From: Planctomycetota bacterium
GTDB lineage: Bacteria > Planctomycetota > B15-G4
Direction: 5' to 3'
Assembly (NCBI GenBank): GCA_038212275.1
Contig: JBBQUR010000007.1
Coordinates: forward strand, 1-64,000
Length of the DNA stretch: 64,000 nucleotides
In this document: positions 52,523 through 62,282 of the stretch, one piece after another
Layout of the letters: every line of letters begins with the position of its first letter
Numbering within the stretch: position 1 is the stretch's first letter
Notes under the pieces: generated by a model
Database searches by the model: none
Seen by the model: the letters and a program-made list of their open reading frames with translations, nothing else
Told to the model about the DNA's origin: nothing
Program-made: the position numbers and the translations under genes

Positions 52523-53532
52523 GCAACGACCTCGGAGGCGAGCTCGATGAGCTCGGCCATGTCGGCCGGCAGCGGCGCTTCGTACGTGACCATCGCTCCG
52601 GAGAGCGGGTGCTCGACGGTGATCGCGCGGGCGTGCAACGCGTGGCGCGCCAGCGTCGGCGTGCGCTTGCCGTCGGCGCGACGCCGCTCGACCCAGCGGC
52701 CGTACTGCACCTGCGCGCTGCGCCCGTAGCTCTGGTCGCCGACGATCGGGTAGCCGATGTGTTCGAGGTGCACGCGGATCTGGTGCGTGCGTCCGGTGCG
52801 TGGTTCCGCGGTGAGCACCGTCATCGGGGGCAGGCGGTGCTCGACCCGGTAGAAGGTGGAGGCCGACTGCCCGCCGTCACGCACGACCGCCCGCATCGCG
52901 GGCTTCTTCGGGTCGGGACCCAGGGGCAGGTCGATCCAGTCGCTGTCAAAGGGCAGCACGCCCCACACCACGGCGGTGTACTGCTTGTGGATGGTCTTCC
53001 GCTTGAACTGGTTGACCAGCGACTTTGCTGCCTCGTTGGTGCGGGCCACCAGCATCACCCCGGAGGTGTCCCGGTCCAGCCGGTGGACGATGCCGGGGCG
53101 GTCGGCGCGGCCGACGGCCGAGAGCTCCGGGAAGAGCCCGAGCAACCCGTTGACCAGCGTGCCGTGCTTCGCTCCGGTGCCTGGGTGGATCACCAGTCCT
53201 ACCGGCTTGTTCACAACGATCAACGCCTCGTCCACATGCAGCAACTGCAGCGGCATGTCCTCGGCCTGAGGCAGGGAATCGGCCGGAACACCCAATTCTC
53301 CCTCGATGAGCTGCCCCGGGTTGACCCGGAACGAAGACTTCACGGGTCGGTCGTCCACAAGGATCGAGCCCTGCTCGACCAGCGCCGAAAGGAAGGACCT
53401 GGAGAACTGCGGAGCGAGGACCCGGCCGAGGAGCCGGTCGATGCGCGCCCCGCTGTCGGTCGAGTCCACCACCAGGCGCAAGTGGCCGTCGGCGTCCACC
53501 GCGCTCGCACCTGGTTCCGCCGCATCGACCAT
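52519..53532 (-). CDS. rluD: RluA-family pseudouridine synthase with S4 domain
   Basis: RIDR, VNKP.GLVIHP, GIVHRLDRDTSG, TGRTHQIRVH, ALHA. Confidence 0.88.
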   Translation of the reverse strand: MVDAAEPGASAVDADGHLRLVVDSTDSGARIDRLLGRVLAPQFSRSFLSALVEQGSILVDDRPVKSSFRVNPGQLIEGELGVPADSLPQAEDMPLQLLHVDEALIVVNKPVGLVIHPGTGAKHGTLVNGLLGLFPELSAVGRADRPGIVHRLDRDTSGVMLVARTNEAAKSLVNQFKRKTIHKQYTAVVWGVLPFDSDWIDLPLGPDPKKPAMRAVVRDGGQSASTFYRVEHRLPPMTVLTAEPRTGRTHQIRVHLEHIGYPIVGDQSYGRSAQVQYGRWVERRRADGKRTPTLARHALHARAITVEHPLSGAMVTYEAPLPADMAELIELASEVVA

Positions 53533-53566
53533 ACTGTGGACACGTCCTTGAGAAGGGGCGGAAACC

Positions 53567-53594
53567 TTGACAGAAAACCCCACGCGGTTACAGT
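53567..53594 (+). promoter_or_regulatory. Sigma70 promoter
   Basis: TTGACA-16 nt-TACAGT in a lower-GC divergent intergenic region. Confidence 0.6.
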
Positions 53595-53743
53595 CCCGCG
53601 GCCGATAGAATATAGCGCTGGCCGAACTTCCAGTGCACGGACGGCACTCCGCACGATTCCCCGAAGATCGTGCGGTCGGTGGCTGCGCCTGCCTCTCTCT
53701 CCACTCGACCGCCCGAACGCGTCCCGAGGAGTGCCCCGCGAAC

Positions 53744-55546
53744 GTGATCAACCCCTACTTCGCTGTTCTCGCCCTCGCGACCGGGCCAGCATGTTTCGCG
53801 CAGAGCACCTTGCAGGCTCCGGCTCCCGCTCCTGCCCGCGCGGCCAAGGCCGCCACGGTGCGGGTCGAGGCCAGCGACCTCCGCGTGCTGGCGCGCCAGT
53901 GGCCCGACACCGCCGCCCAACCCGTGCCGTACGCCATGGTGCTCATCCCCGGCGGCGACACGATCGTGGGCACGGACTCGACCAAGGTGCCGGAATACGG
54001 CCAGAACCTCGCCGACAGGATGCGCGATGTCGCGGGTGAGACGCCCAGGCACACCGTCAAGGTGGACCCCTTCTACATCGACCTGACCGAGGTCACGAAT
54101 CTTCAGTGGAAGGTCTATCTGGACGCCACGCATCGCAAGCCCTCCAGCGCGCTCCTGGACTACAACTGGCGCGGCGGCGAGCACGGCGGCGAGATTCCTG
54201 ACGGCCAGGAGCAGTTCCCCATCAGCAATGTGAACATCCCGGAGATCCGGGATTTCCTCCAATGGTGCGGCAAGCGCCTGCCCACGGAGGACGAGTGGAC
54301 CCGCGCCGCGCGGGGCAACGACGACCGCCTCTACCCGTGGGGCAGCAAGTGGGACAGCAGCCTGTGCCGCTCGGGATCCAACGGCGACGCCGGACCGGCC
54401 GCGGTCGGCTCCTTTCCCGGCGGCGCCAGCCCGTATGGCGTGCTGGACATGGTGGGCAATGTCTTCGAGTGGGTGGACTCGCCCTTCACGCCCTTCGTCA
54501 CCCCGTTCGTGGCCTACGACCTCAAGGTGGGCAAGAAGACCATTCCGCTGAGCCCCGCCTTCAACAGCACCAACAAGGTCTACAAGGGCGGCGGGTTCTC
54601 GACGGTGCGCCTCGACTCCCGCATCGACACGAGGCTGGGACTGTCCCCGACGTCCAGCGACGCGGTCATCGGCTTCCGCGCGGCCCGTACCGAAGTGCCG
54701 GGCGTGGACGTCATCCGTCACGCGCTCGATCGGCTGCTGCCGCCGGCGTTCAGCAAGCCCGGCTCGCTGGACCTGGCCGACATCTTCGCCAAGGAGGTCA
54801 GCGGCTATGACGAGGCGCGCCACGTCCTGACCAGCTTTCGCTACGTGGGCTTCGGTCACCGCTCGCCCAGCCGCCTGCCGCCGCTTTCGAAGATGCGCGA
54901 TGAGTCGATCAATGAGCCGCTGCCCCTCGGCGTGCTGACGACGAGCGAGCCGCTCGTCATGAAGGACATGAAGGCGTCGAACATGATCCCGGCCGGCGGC
55001 GCCGCCGTCGCGCACTCGGCGGACGCCGTGACGCTCATCCCCGCCGGCGAGTTCACGCTGGCCTTCAAGGGGAAGGGCTCGTCCAAGGCTTACAAGGAAA
55101 AGCTCAAGCAGGACAAGAAGAACGGGAAGAAGCCCGAACCGGTGAAGGAAGAGCCCAAGCCGACGCGAGGCAAGCCCGATGCGAAGGCGAAGGACGCTGG
55201 CGAGAGCGCGCCAGGAAGCGGCGACGATGGCGCCACGCCGACGGCTGACGAGCCCAGCCCCGGCGGCGCGGTCGTGCCGTGGCCCGGCCTGGGCTCGATC
55301 CACGACGTCCAGGAGGACGTGGACTTCCCGCAGGATGAGGACGTGGTCCTGTTCTACAACGCCAACAACGTCGTGGTGGCGTGGGTGAAGTGCGAGGAGA
55401 TCCACGAGGCCGAGGTAGGTCCGGTGACCTTCCACTCCGACGAAGAAGGCCGGATCTGGACGATCGATTTCTCGATCGACTCGCTGTCCAGAAAGACCCC
55501 GCGCTTCACGCTCCCCATCCAGCTCGGCGGTGCGGGCCTGCGCTGA
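53744..55546 (+). CDS. Exported FGE-sulfatase (SUMF1/EgtB/PvdO) domain protein with long C-terminal extension
   Basis: IPGG, P.H.V.VDPFYID.TEVTN, KRLPTEDEW..AARG, YPWG, DMVGNVFEW, IGFR. Confidence 0.8.
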   Translation: MINPYFAVLALATGPACFAQSTLQAPAPAPARAAKAATVRVEASDLRVLARQWPDTAAQPVPYAMVLIPGGDTIVGTDSTKVPEYGQNLADRMRDVAGETPRHTVKVDPFYIDLTEVTNLQWKVYLDATHRKPSSALLDYNWRGGEHGGEIPDGQEQFPISNVNIPEIRDFLQWCGKRLPTEDEWTRAARGNDDRLYPWGSKWDSSLCRSGSNGDAGPAAVGSFPGGASPYGVLDMVGNVFEWVDSPFTPFVTPFVAYDLKVGKKTIPLSPAFNSTNKVYKGGGFSTVRLDSRIDTRLGLSPTSSDAVIGFRAARTEVPGVDVIRHALDRLLPPAFSKPGSLDLADIFAKEVSGYDEARHVLTSFRYVGFGHRSPSRLPPLSKMRDESINEPLPLGVLTTSEPLVMKDMKASNMIPAGGAAVAHSADAVTLIPAGEFTLAFKGKGSSKAYKEKLKQDKKNGKKPEPVKEEPKPTRGKPDAKAKDAGESAPGSGDDGATPTADEPSPGGAVVPWPGLGSIHDVQEDVDFPQDEDVVLFYNANNVVVAWVKCEEIHEAEVGPVTFHSDEEGRIWTIDFSIDSLSRKTPRFTLPIQLGGAGLR

Positions 55547-55573
55547 CGTCGCCGGCCGCAACCTCCGGTTCGA

Positions 55574-58399
55574 TCAGGAGGCCCGGCCAGCCAGCGCGGA
55601 GAGCAAGCCCACGAGGCGCTGGCGCTCGTCGGTCAGCTCCGCGAGGCGCGCGCGCTCCCTGGCCACGACCTCCGCCGGCGCCTTGCCCGCGAACTGCTCG
55701 TTGGAGAGCTTTGCCGCCACGCCCTGAAGCTGCTTCTCGACCTTGTCGAGGTTCCGCTGCAGGTCCTCGCGCTGCGCCGAGACGTCCACCAGCCCCTCGA
55801 GGTCGAGCGAGACCTCGACGCCGTCGGCAAGATCCACCGCGCCGCCCGCCGGACGCGGCGGATCGGTGCCCACCACGAGACTCTCCAGGCTGCCAAGCCG
55901 CACGGTGAGTTCCTCCGCGCGGCGCAGGCCGGCCACGGCCGCCTCGTCGGGCAGCGCCACGGTGACGCGCACCGCCTTGCGCTCCGCCACGTTGCTCTGT
56001 TGTCGCAGCTTGCGCACGGAGGACACGACCGCCTGCGCCAGCGCGAGGTCGGCCTCGGCGCGCTCGTCGCGCCGCAGGCCGGCACCATCCGGCCAGCTCG
56101 CAGCGTAGAGCGCGGGCGCCAGCGGCTTGTCGCTCGCCGCGCGCAGTCGCTGCCACACAGCCTCGGTGACGAACGGCGCCACCGGATGCAGCAGCGCGAG
56201 CAGGTCCTGCAGCACGCGGCCGAGCACGGCCGCCGCCACCGGGTCGGTGGTCACGGACGCATCGGGTCCGCCACCGAGCCGCGGCTTCACCGCCTCCACG
56301 TACCAGTCGCAGAAGTCGTTCCAGGTGAAGCGGTAGAGCAGCTGCGCGGCGTCATTGAAGTCGTAGCGTTCCCACGCCGCGGAGACGGACTCGATCGTCG
56401 CGGCGAGGCGCGACAGGATCCAGCGATCCTCCAGCGCCGTCACGGCGACGCTGCCGTCCGCGCCACGCGCCGGCTCCGGCAGGCGCCCCGCGCGAGAGAG
56501 CACGAAGCGGCTCGCATTCCAGAGCTTGTTCACGAAGTTCCGCCCCATCTCGAACTTCTCGGGCGAGAGCTTGGTGTCCTGGCCTTCCTTCGTGAGCATC
56601 ACCAGCGAGAAGCGCACCGCGTCCGCGCCGTACTGCTCGATCATGTCGATCGGGTCGATGCCGTTGCCGAGGCTCTTGCTCATGCGCCGCCCCTGCCCGT
56701 CCAGCACGGTGGCGTGGATGTAGCAGACGGCGAAGGGACAGCGCTTGTCCTCCGGCAGCTCGTCCATGAAGGCGTAGCCGGCCATGACCATGCGCGCGAC
56801 CCAGAGATAGATGATCTCGCTCGCGGTGGACAGGAACTGCGTGGGGTAGTAGCGGGCGAGGTCCGCCGACGCCGCGGGCCAGCCCAGCGTCGCGAAGGGC
56901 CAGAGCCACGAGGAGGCCCAGGTGTCCAGCACGTCCTCGTCCTGGCGCACGATGGGCTTGCCGGTCTTCGGGTGCGGGCTGCCGAGCGCGAGATCCGTGC
57001 GCGACGCGACCGCCACGTTGTCCTCGTCGTACCAGACCGGGATGCGATGGCCCCACCAGAGCTGGCGCGAGATGCACCAGTCGCGCACGTTGGTCAGCCA
57101 GTCGAGATAGACCTTGGACCAGCGCTCGGGCTTGAAGCGCAGCGCGCCGCTCTTCACGGCGGCGATGGCCGGCTGCGCGAGAGGCGCCATCTTCACGAAC
57201 CACTGCTCGGAGACCACGGGCTCGATGACGCTCTTGCTCCGGTCGGACACCGGCACGCTGTGCTCGATCTCCTCCACCTTGCCCAGCAGTCGGAGCTCGT
57301 CGAGCGCCTTCACGACGCCCTCGCGCGCCTTCTCGCGCGACAGGCCGGTGAAGCGCCCGGCCTCCTGGTTGAGCGTGCCGTCCTTGTTCAGCAGCGAGAT
57401 GATGGGCAGCTTGTGGCGCGCGCCGCGCTCGTAGTCGGCCACGTCGTGGCCGGGCGTGATCTTCACCGCACCGGTGCCGAACTCGCGCGTCACGCCCTCG
57501 TCCGCCACGACGGGGATGTCGCGGTCCACCAGCGGCAGGCGCAGTGTCGCACCGATGAGTCCGACCCAGCGTGCATCCTCCGGGTGCACCGCCACGCCGG
57601 AGTCGCCGAGCATCGTCTCGGGGCGCGTCGTCGCCACGGTCACGTGCGTGGGCGTGCCGCGCGTGCCGGGCGGACTGCCGTCCGCGAGACGCAGCACGGG
57701 GTAGCGCAGCTGGTAGAGCTTGCCCTTGCGCGTCGCGTGCTCGATCTCGTCGTCGCTCACGGCGGTCTGCAGCACGCAGTCCCAGTTCACCAGCCGCGCG
57801 CCGCGGTAGATGAGGCCGCGCTCCCACAGGCGCACGAAGGCCTCGCGCACCGCGGCCGACATGCCCGGCTCGAGCGTGAAGCGCGTGCGCGACCAGTCGC
57901 AGCTGCTGCCCAGGCGCGCGAACTGCTCGAGGATCGCGTCGCCGTGCTTCTGCTTCCAGGCCCACACTTCGCCCAGGAAGGCCTCGCGTCCGAGCTGCTC
58001 GCGCGTGAGCTTGCGCTCCGCGAAAAGCCTCTTCTCCACCACGGCCTGCGTGGCGATGCCCGCGTGGTCCGTGCCCGGCACCCAGAGCACGTCGTACCCG
58101 AGCAGCCGGCGGTGGCGGATGACGATGTCCTGCAACGTGCCGTTGAGCGCGTGCCCCATGTGCAGGACGCCGGTCACGTTGGGCGGCGGGATCATCACGG
58201 TGAAGGGCTTGCGGTCCGCGCGCGTGCCGCCGGCCGTGTAGCCGCCGGCATCCTTCCACAGCGTGCGCATGGCCAGCTCCACCTGGCCCGGCTCGTAGCG
58301 CGCCGCCATGTCGTCGGCCGCGCCTGCCGCGTCGGCCGCGCCTGCCGCGCCTGCCGCCATGTCGGCCGCTGCACTCGTCGTGTTGCCTGGTGTGCTCAT
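55574..58399 (-). CDS. valS: Valine--tRNA ligase
   Basis: PPPNVTGVLHMGH, GTDHAGIATQ, ATTRPETMLGD, DWCISRQLWWGH, RMSKS, C-terminal coiled coil. Confidence 0.95.
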   Translation of the reverse strand: MSTPGNTTSAAADMAAGAAGAADAAGAADDMAARYEPGQVELAMRTLWKDAGGYTAGGTRADRKPFTVMIPPPNVTGVLHMGHALNGTLQDIVIRHRRLLGYDVLWVPGTDHAGIATQAVVEKRLFAERKLTREQLGREAFLGEVWAWKQKHGDAILEQFARLGSSCDWSRTRFTLEPGMSAAVREAFVRLWERGLIYRGARLVNWDCVLQTAVSDDEIEHATRKGKLYQLRYPVLRLADGSPPGTRGTPTHVTVATTRPETMLGDSGVAVHPEDARWVGLIGATLRLPLVDRDIPVVADEGVTREFGTGAVKITPGHDVADYERGARHKLPIISLLNKDGTLNQEAGRFTGLSREKAREGVVKALDELRLLGKVEEIEHSVPVSDRSKSVIEPVVSEQWFVKMAPLAQPAIAAVKSGALRFKPERWSKVYLDWLTNVRDWCISRQLWWGHRIPVWYDEDNVAVASRTDLALGSPHPKTGKPIVRQDEDVLDTWASSWLWPFATLGWPAASADLARYYPTQFLSTASEIIYLWVARMVMAGYAFMDELPEDKRCPFAVCYIHATVLDGQGRRMSKSLGNGIDPIDMIEQYGADAVRFSLVMLTKEGQDTKLSPEKFEMGRNFVNKLWNASRFVLSRAGRLPEPARGADGSVAVTALEDRWILSRLAATIESVSAAWERYDFNDAAQLLYRFTWNDFCDWYVEAVKPRLGGGPDASVTTDPVAAAVLGRVLQDLLALLHPVAPFVTEAVWQRLRAASDKPLAPALYAASWPDGAGLRRDERAEADLALAQAVVSSVRKLRQQSNVAERKAVRVTVALPDEAAVAGLRRAEELTVRLGSLESLVVGTDPPRPAGGAVDLADGVEVSLDLEGLVDVSAQREDLQRNLDKVEKQLQGVAAKLSNEQFAGKAPAEVVARERARLAELTDERQRLVGLLSALAGRAS

Positions 58400-59751
58400 C
58401 GTGCTCCCGCGGCCGATCCGGCCTGTCCCGACGCCGGATTTCCGGACGCTTCCTCCGCGCGCGGTGCAGGCGCCGACGGCGGCAGGGCGCCGGCCAGCAC
58501 GAACTCCAGCAGCGTATGCCCCGCTTCCACGTTCAACTCGCCCTGCGCGGCGACGGCCTCGGTGAAGCGCGTCGCACGCAACGGCTCGATGCCAGGCCCC
58601 CACAGCGCGAACGGCACGTGGCTCGTCGAGCGTTCGCGCTCGACCGCGGACGTCATGTGGTCCGTGGTGAGCAGCAGCCGGCAGTCGCCGCGCGTCCGCA
58701 ACGCCATGCGGAGCGGTCCGACGACGTAGCGGTCCAGCTCCTCGATGACGCAGATCTTCTTGCGCACGTCGCTCTCGTGGCAGGCCTCGTTGGCGGCCGC
58801 GTAGTGCAGCACCACGACATCGTGCGTGTCGAGTGCGGCCAGCGCGCAGCGCAGCTTGCCGGCCCAGTCGGTGTCGTAGTGGCCGGTGGCGCCCGGCACC
58901 GTTGGCACGTCCGCGCCCAGCATGACGCCGAGGCCCCGCACGAGCGGCACGGCCGCCACGACTGCAAGCGTGCGTCCCGTGCGCAGCTCGAAGGGCTCGA
59001 GGTCCGTGCGCCAGCCCCGGCCCCAGGGCCAGATGCGGTCCGCGGGATTCTCGCCAAGATCCACGCGCACGCGGTTGATGTCGTGCGCCGCGAGCACGGT
59101 GCTGGCGCGCTCGATGAGATCGCGCAGCAGCCCCGCGTCGGGGCCATAAGGCTGGTAGTCCGACAGCGCCTGTCCCTGGACTTCCTGCGGCGGCACGGTC
59201 TCGATCTGCAGCCGGCGCCCGCCGCGGATCACGAGCAGGTTGCGGTAGCCGAGGCCCGGGTGGAACTCGACGCTGAGCCCCGGCGTCGCGCCCGACGCAG
59301 CGCCCGCACGGCCGCGCGCGCCGGTTGTCCCGGCCTTGGCGCCCCCCGACAGCGGTCCGCCGAGCTGCTGCTGGAGCGCCTCCACGAGCAGGCGAGACTC
59401 CACGCCGCCGATATGCCCCGCGTTGAAGTCCACGAGGTGCCCGCGGAACGTGGACACGAAGTTCATGCGGAAGGCGACGTCGTCCGGCGCGAGCTCCACG
59501 CCCATGCCCGCCGCCTCGATGCCGCCGCGCGTCGCGTCCGTGCGACGCGGATCGCAGCCCAGCACGGAGAGCACGGCGACATCACTGCTGTTGGACCTGC
59601 CCTCGGGCACCTGACGCACCAGCCCGAGCCGCGACTGCTGCGCGAGCCGGTCGAGGTGCGGGGTGTTCGCAGCCTGCAGGGGCGTGGCGCCATCGAGCGC
59701 GGCCACGGGCACGTCCGCGATTCCGGTCGGCAACAGGATGAAGGTTTTCAT
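58396..59751 (-). CDS. ApgM-type (cofactor-independent phosphoglycerate mutase family) homologue with degenerate metal sites
   Basis: LDG.TPLQAANTP.LD, SDVA, RGGIEAAGMG, DVAFRMN, YRNLLV, IWPWG.G, VPGATG.YDT. Confidence 0.8.
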   Translation of the reverse strand: MKTFILLPTGIADVPVAALDGATPLQAANTPHLDRLAQQSRLGLVRQVPEGRSNSSDVAVLSVLGCDPRRTDATRGGIEAAGMGVELAPDDVAFRMNFVSTFRGHLVDFNAGHIGGVESRLLVEALQQQLGGPLSGGAKAGTTGARGRAGAASGATPGLSVEFHPGLGYRNLLVIRGGRRLQIETVPPQEVQGQALSDYQPYGPDAGLLRDLIERASTVLAAHDINRVRVDLGENPADRIWPWGRGWRTDLEPFELRTGRTLAVVAAVPLVRGLGVMLGADVPTVPGATGHYDTDWAGKLRCALAALDTHDVVVLHYAAANEACHESDVRKKICVIEELDRYVVGPLRMALRTRGDCRLLLTTDHMTSAVERERSTSHVPFALWGPGIEPLRATRFTEAVAAQGELNVEAGHTLLEFVLAGALPPSAPAPRAEEASGNPASGQAGSAAGAR

Positions 59752-59905
59752 GGGTGCGCCACGGCAACACGCGGCCGGCGCATTGTCCACCCGCCGCGCA
59801 CGAAGAAAAGTCGCGCTGCTCGCGCCGACCGTCACACGCCGCGGCCGCGCCGCCGCGCCACGCGTCCCGGCATGCCGGACGCGGGCGGGCGGCGGGCAGC
59901 GTCCG

Positions 59906-62176
59906 CTACCTGGCCGGTGCCACCGGCGGCTCCGCGGCCGCGGCGGCCGCTTCGGCGTCGAGCCGGGCCTGGACGGCTGCTTCTTCCTCGGCGCTGAGCT
60001 TGCGGTCGCCGAGCGTGACGCCGACCGCCTCCTGGAAAGCCGAACCCGGCTGCGTCAGCGACCAGATCCAGCCCTGCGAATTCGCGAAGCTCAGCAGGAA
60101 CCACACGACCACCACGATCTTGATGAGCCTGGGCCACGGGCTCGGCTTGTCGCCGTAAGGGTCCACGCCCGGAACCGAGCCCTCGGGCAGTTTGGCGACG
60201 GAGGTCAGCGAGGCGCCGAACGACACGTTCAGCTTCACGCGGCCGTTCACGGCCCAACCGTTGGCATCCAGAATCGGCCCCAGATTGCGCTGCCTGAGCT
60301 TGAGCCACGCGATGATCATCGAGGGGCCGGAGATCACGAGCAGGATCCCGCCGAACACCAGGCAGAGCTGCCAGAAGGGAAGCGTGAACACGCCGGCCAG
60401 CGAGCCGATGACGGTGGTGGCCAGGGCGCCGATGCCGGCGATGGCCACGCTGATCGCGGCCACGGTGCCGACGTCGATCTTCCTGGGCGGCGCCTTGTCG
60501 ACATTCACCGTGCCGCTGGCCGTCGAGGCCAGCTTGGCATCGGCCTCGGCGTCCTTCTCGGCGGCGCGCTTGGCCGCCAACTCTTCGATCATGCGCACGA
60601 GCTTCTTGTAGGGCGACCAGAAGGCCTGCCGCACCGAGATCGGGTTCTCGACCACACGCGTGATCGTCGCGTCCCAGTCCCGGCCCTTGCGGTCGTAGAA
60701 GACGCCGTTGCGGCCCACCATGAGGTAGTCGCTGTCGCCGTCCGTGAACGCCGCCGCGATGCTCAGCTTCTCGCCGGACGGCCGCGTGCAGTCGCAGTAA
60801 GCGAGGTAGGCCTTGGACAGGCCGGCGAGCGCCGCGTGCTTGGCTGCGTCATCGACGCGGACCACGAGCTCGCACTCGCGCGCATCGAGGAACAACCGGC
60901 CCACCTGGAAGATGGCGGCCTTCGTCGGCGAGTAGAAGTCCGCGAAGTTCACGAAGTTGCAGAGGAGTTGATACAGGTCGCGCTGGTAGCGCACGAGGCG
61001 TTCGACCTGCGCGATGGAGTGGAACTCCTGCTCGACGGCCCTGTCGGCGGCGATCGCCTCGAGGATCGCGGCCTTCGCCTTGCCCGCGAGAATCTCGCTC
61101 ACGCGCGCGAGTCCGAGGCTCTCGACGGACGTCGCCGGGCGGCTGCCGCGCCACGCCGCGAAGGCAGCCAGCTTGCCGCCGAGCGCGGTCCATTCCTCCA
61201 CCGAGATCGCGGTCTTGCCCTTGCCCAGCAGCGGTTCGACCGCCGCGGTGCGCAGCGTTCCGATGGCTGCGGACCAGGCCGGGTTGATGCCATCCACGAG
61301 CGGCAGGGGCCTGGCCACCTCGATGCGCGCGACGGGAAAGCCCGTGATCTCCTGCACCGTGATGCTGAGATCCTGTGCCGCGATGGCGAGGAATTCCTCC
61401 TCTCGACGATTCAACGCCGCCAGCGCCCGGCCGTCGAAGGCCGCGAGGCGGCAGCGCGCGAAGAAGTCGTCCACCTTGGCGCGCACGGCTTCCCACGCGT
61501 CGCAGGCCGCGGCCGTCGCCTCTCCGAGCGGAAGGATGGCCGCGTCGGACGCCGCCCGTGCAGACCACGCGGCGAACGCGGCGCACTCGTCGTAGAAGGC
61601 TCCGAGCTTGCCCGCATCGAGCCCGGGCCTGCCGCTGCGATCGGCCACGGGTCCGAGGCACGCGAGAACGTCGCCGAGCACCTTGCGCGCGGCCTCGTCC
61701 GTCACGGACTCCGCGGTGACCACGCCGTCGCCGTTGTACTTCGTCCCGGCGAAGAGCGCGGCCGTGTCCTCGACGTCGGCGAGCGAGATCGCGGTCGCGT
61801 CGCCCTTGCCGAGGCCCTTCAGGATCTGGCGTGCCGACGCGAGAATCGCCTGCCCCGACGCCGTCGTCTCGTTGATGTGGGAGAGCTGCACCACATCCGC
61901 GCCGGCCTTGAGCAGCATGAGGTCCTTGAGGTGTTCCTCGCACCACTGCACCGCCGCGATGATCTCGGGCACGCGCACGCGACCGTCGTGGTCTTCATCG
62001 ATCAGCGCGAGAGTCTGTTCGTCGAACTCCAGCCCCTTGACCGGGCACGCGAGCGCGGCCCACAGCTTCAGGTCGAGTTCCTCGAGCCGCGCGAAGTCCT
62101 GCGCCGTCTCGAAGCGCACCTGATCGAAGCCGCCGGAGCGTGAGAATTGCCAGATGTGCCCGGATGCTGCGGCCAT
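59906..62176 (-). CDS. Large hypothetical membrane protein with an EF-hand-like loop
   Basis: DEDHDGRVRVPE loop; long soluble region; about 3 C-terminal TM helices; typical codon bias. Confidence 0.7.
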   Translation of the reverse strand: MAAASGHIWQFSRSGGFDQVRFETAQDFARLEELDLKLWAALACPVKGLEFDEQTLALIDEDHDGRVRVPEIIAAVQWCEEHLKDLMLLKAGADVVQLSHINETTASGQAILASARQILKGLGKGDATAISLADVEDTAALFAGTKYNGDGVVTAESVTDEAARKVLGDVLACLGPVADRSGRPGLDAGKLGAFYDECAAFAAWSARAASDAAILPLGEATAAACDAWEAVRAKVDDFFARCRLAAFDGRALAALNRREEEFLAIAAQDLSITVQEITGFPVARIEVARPLPLVDGINPAWSAAIGTLRTAAVEPLLGKGKTAISVEEWTALGGKLAAFAAWRGSRPATSVESLGLARVSEILAGKAKAAILEAIAADRAVEQEFHSIAQVERLVRYQRDLYQLLCNFVNFADFYSPTKAAIFQVGRLFLDARECELVVRVDDAAKHAALAGLSKAYLAYCDCTRPSGEKLSIAAAFTDGDSDYLMVGRNGVFYDRKGRDWDATITRVVENPISVRQAFWSPYKKLVRMIEELAAKRAAEKDAEADAKLASTASGTVNVDKAPPRKIDVGTVAAISVAIAGIGALATTVIGSLAGVFTLPFWQLCLVFGGILLVISGPSMIIAWLKLRQRNLGPILDANGWAVNGRVKLNVSFGASLTSVAKLPEGSVPGVDPYGDKPSPWPRLIKIVVVVWFLLSFANSQGWIWSLTQPGSAFQEAVGVTLGDRKLSAEEEAAVQARLDAEAAAAAAEPPVAPAR

Positions 62177-62282
62177 GGTCGGATCTCGGCTGAGAGCAGG
62201 GCCGCGCCCTTTCGACAAAAGAGGCGGCTCAAGAGCGGCGAAGGCTAGCAGAATGGATTCGCCCGGGTCCACGCACGGCGCG

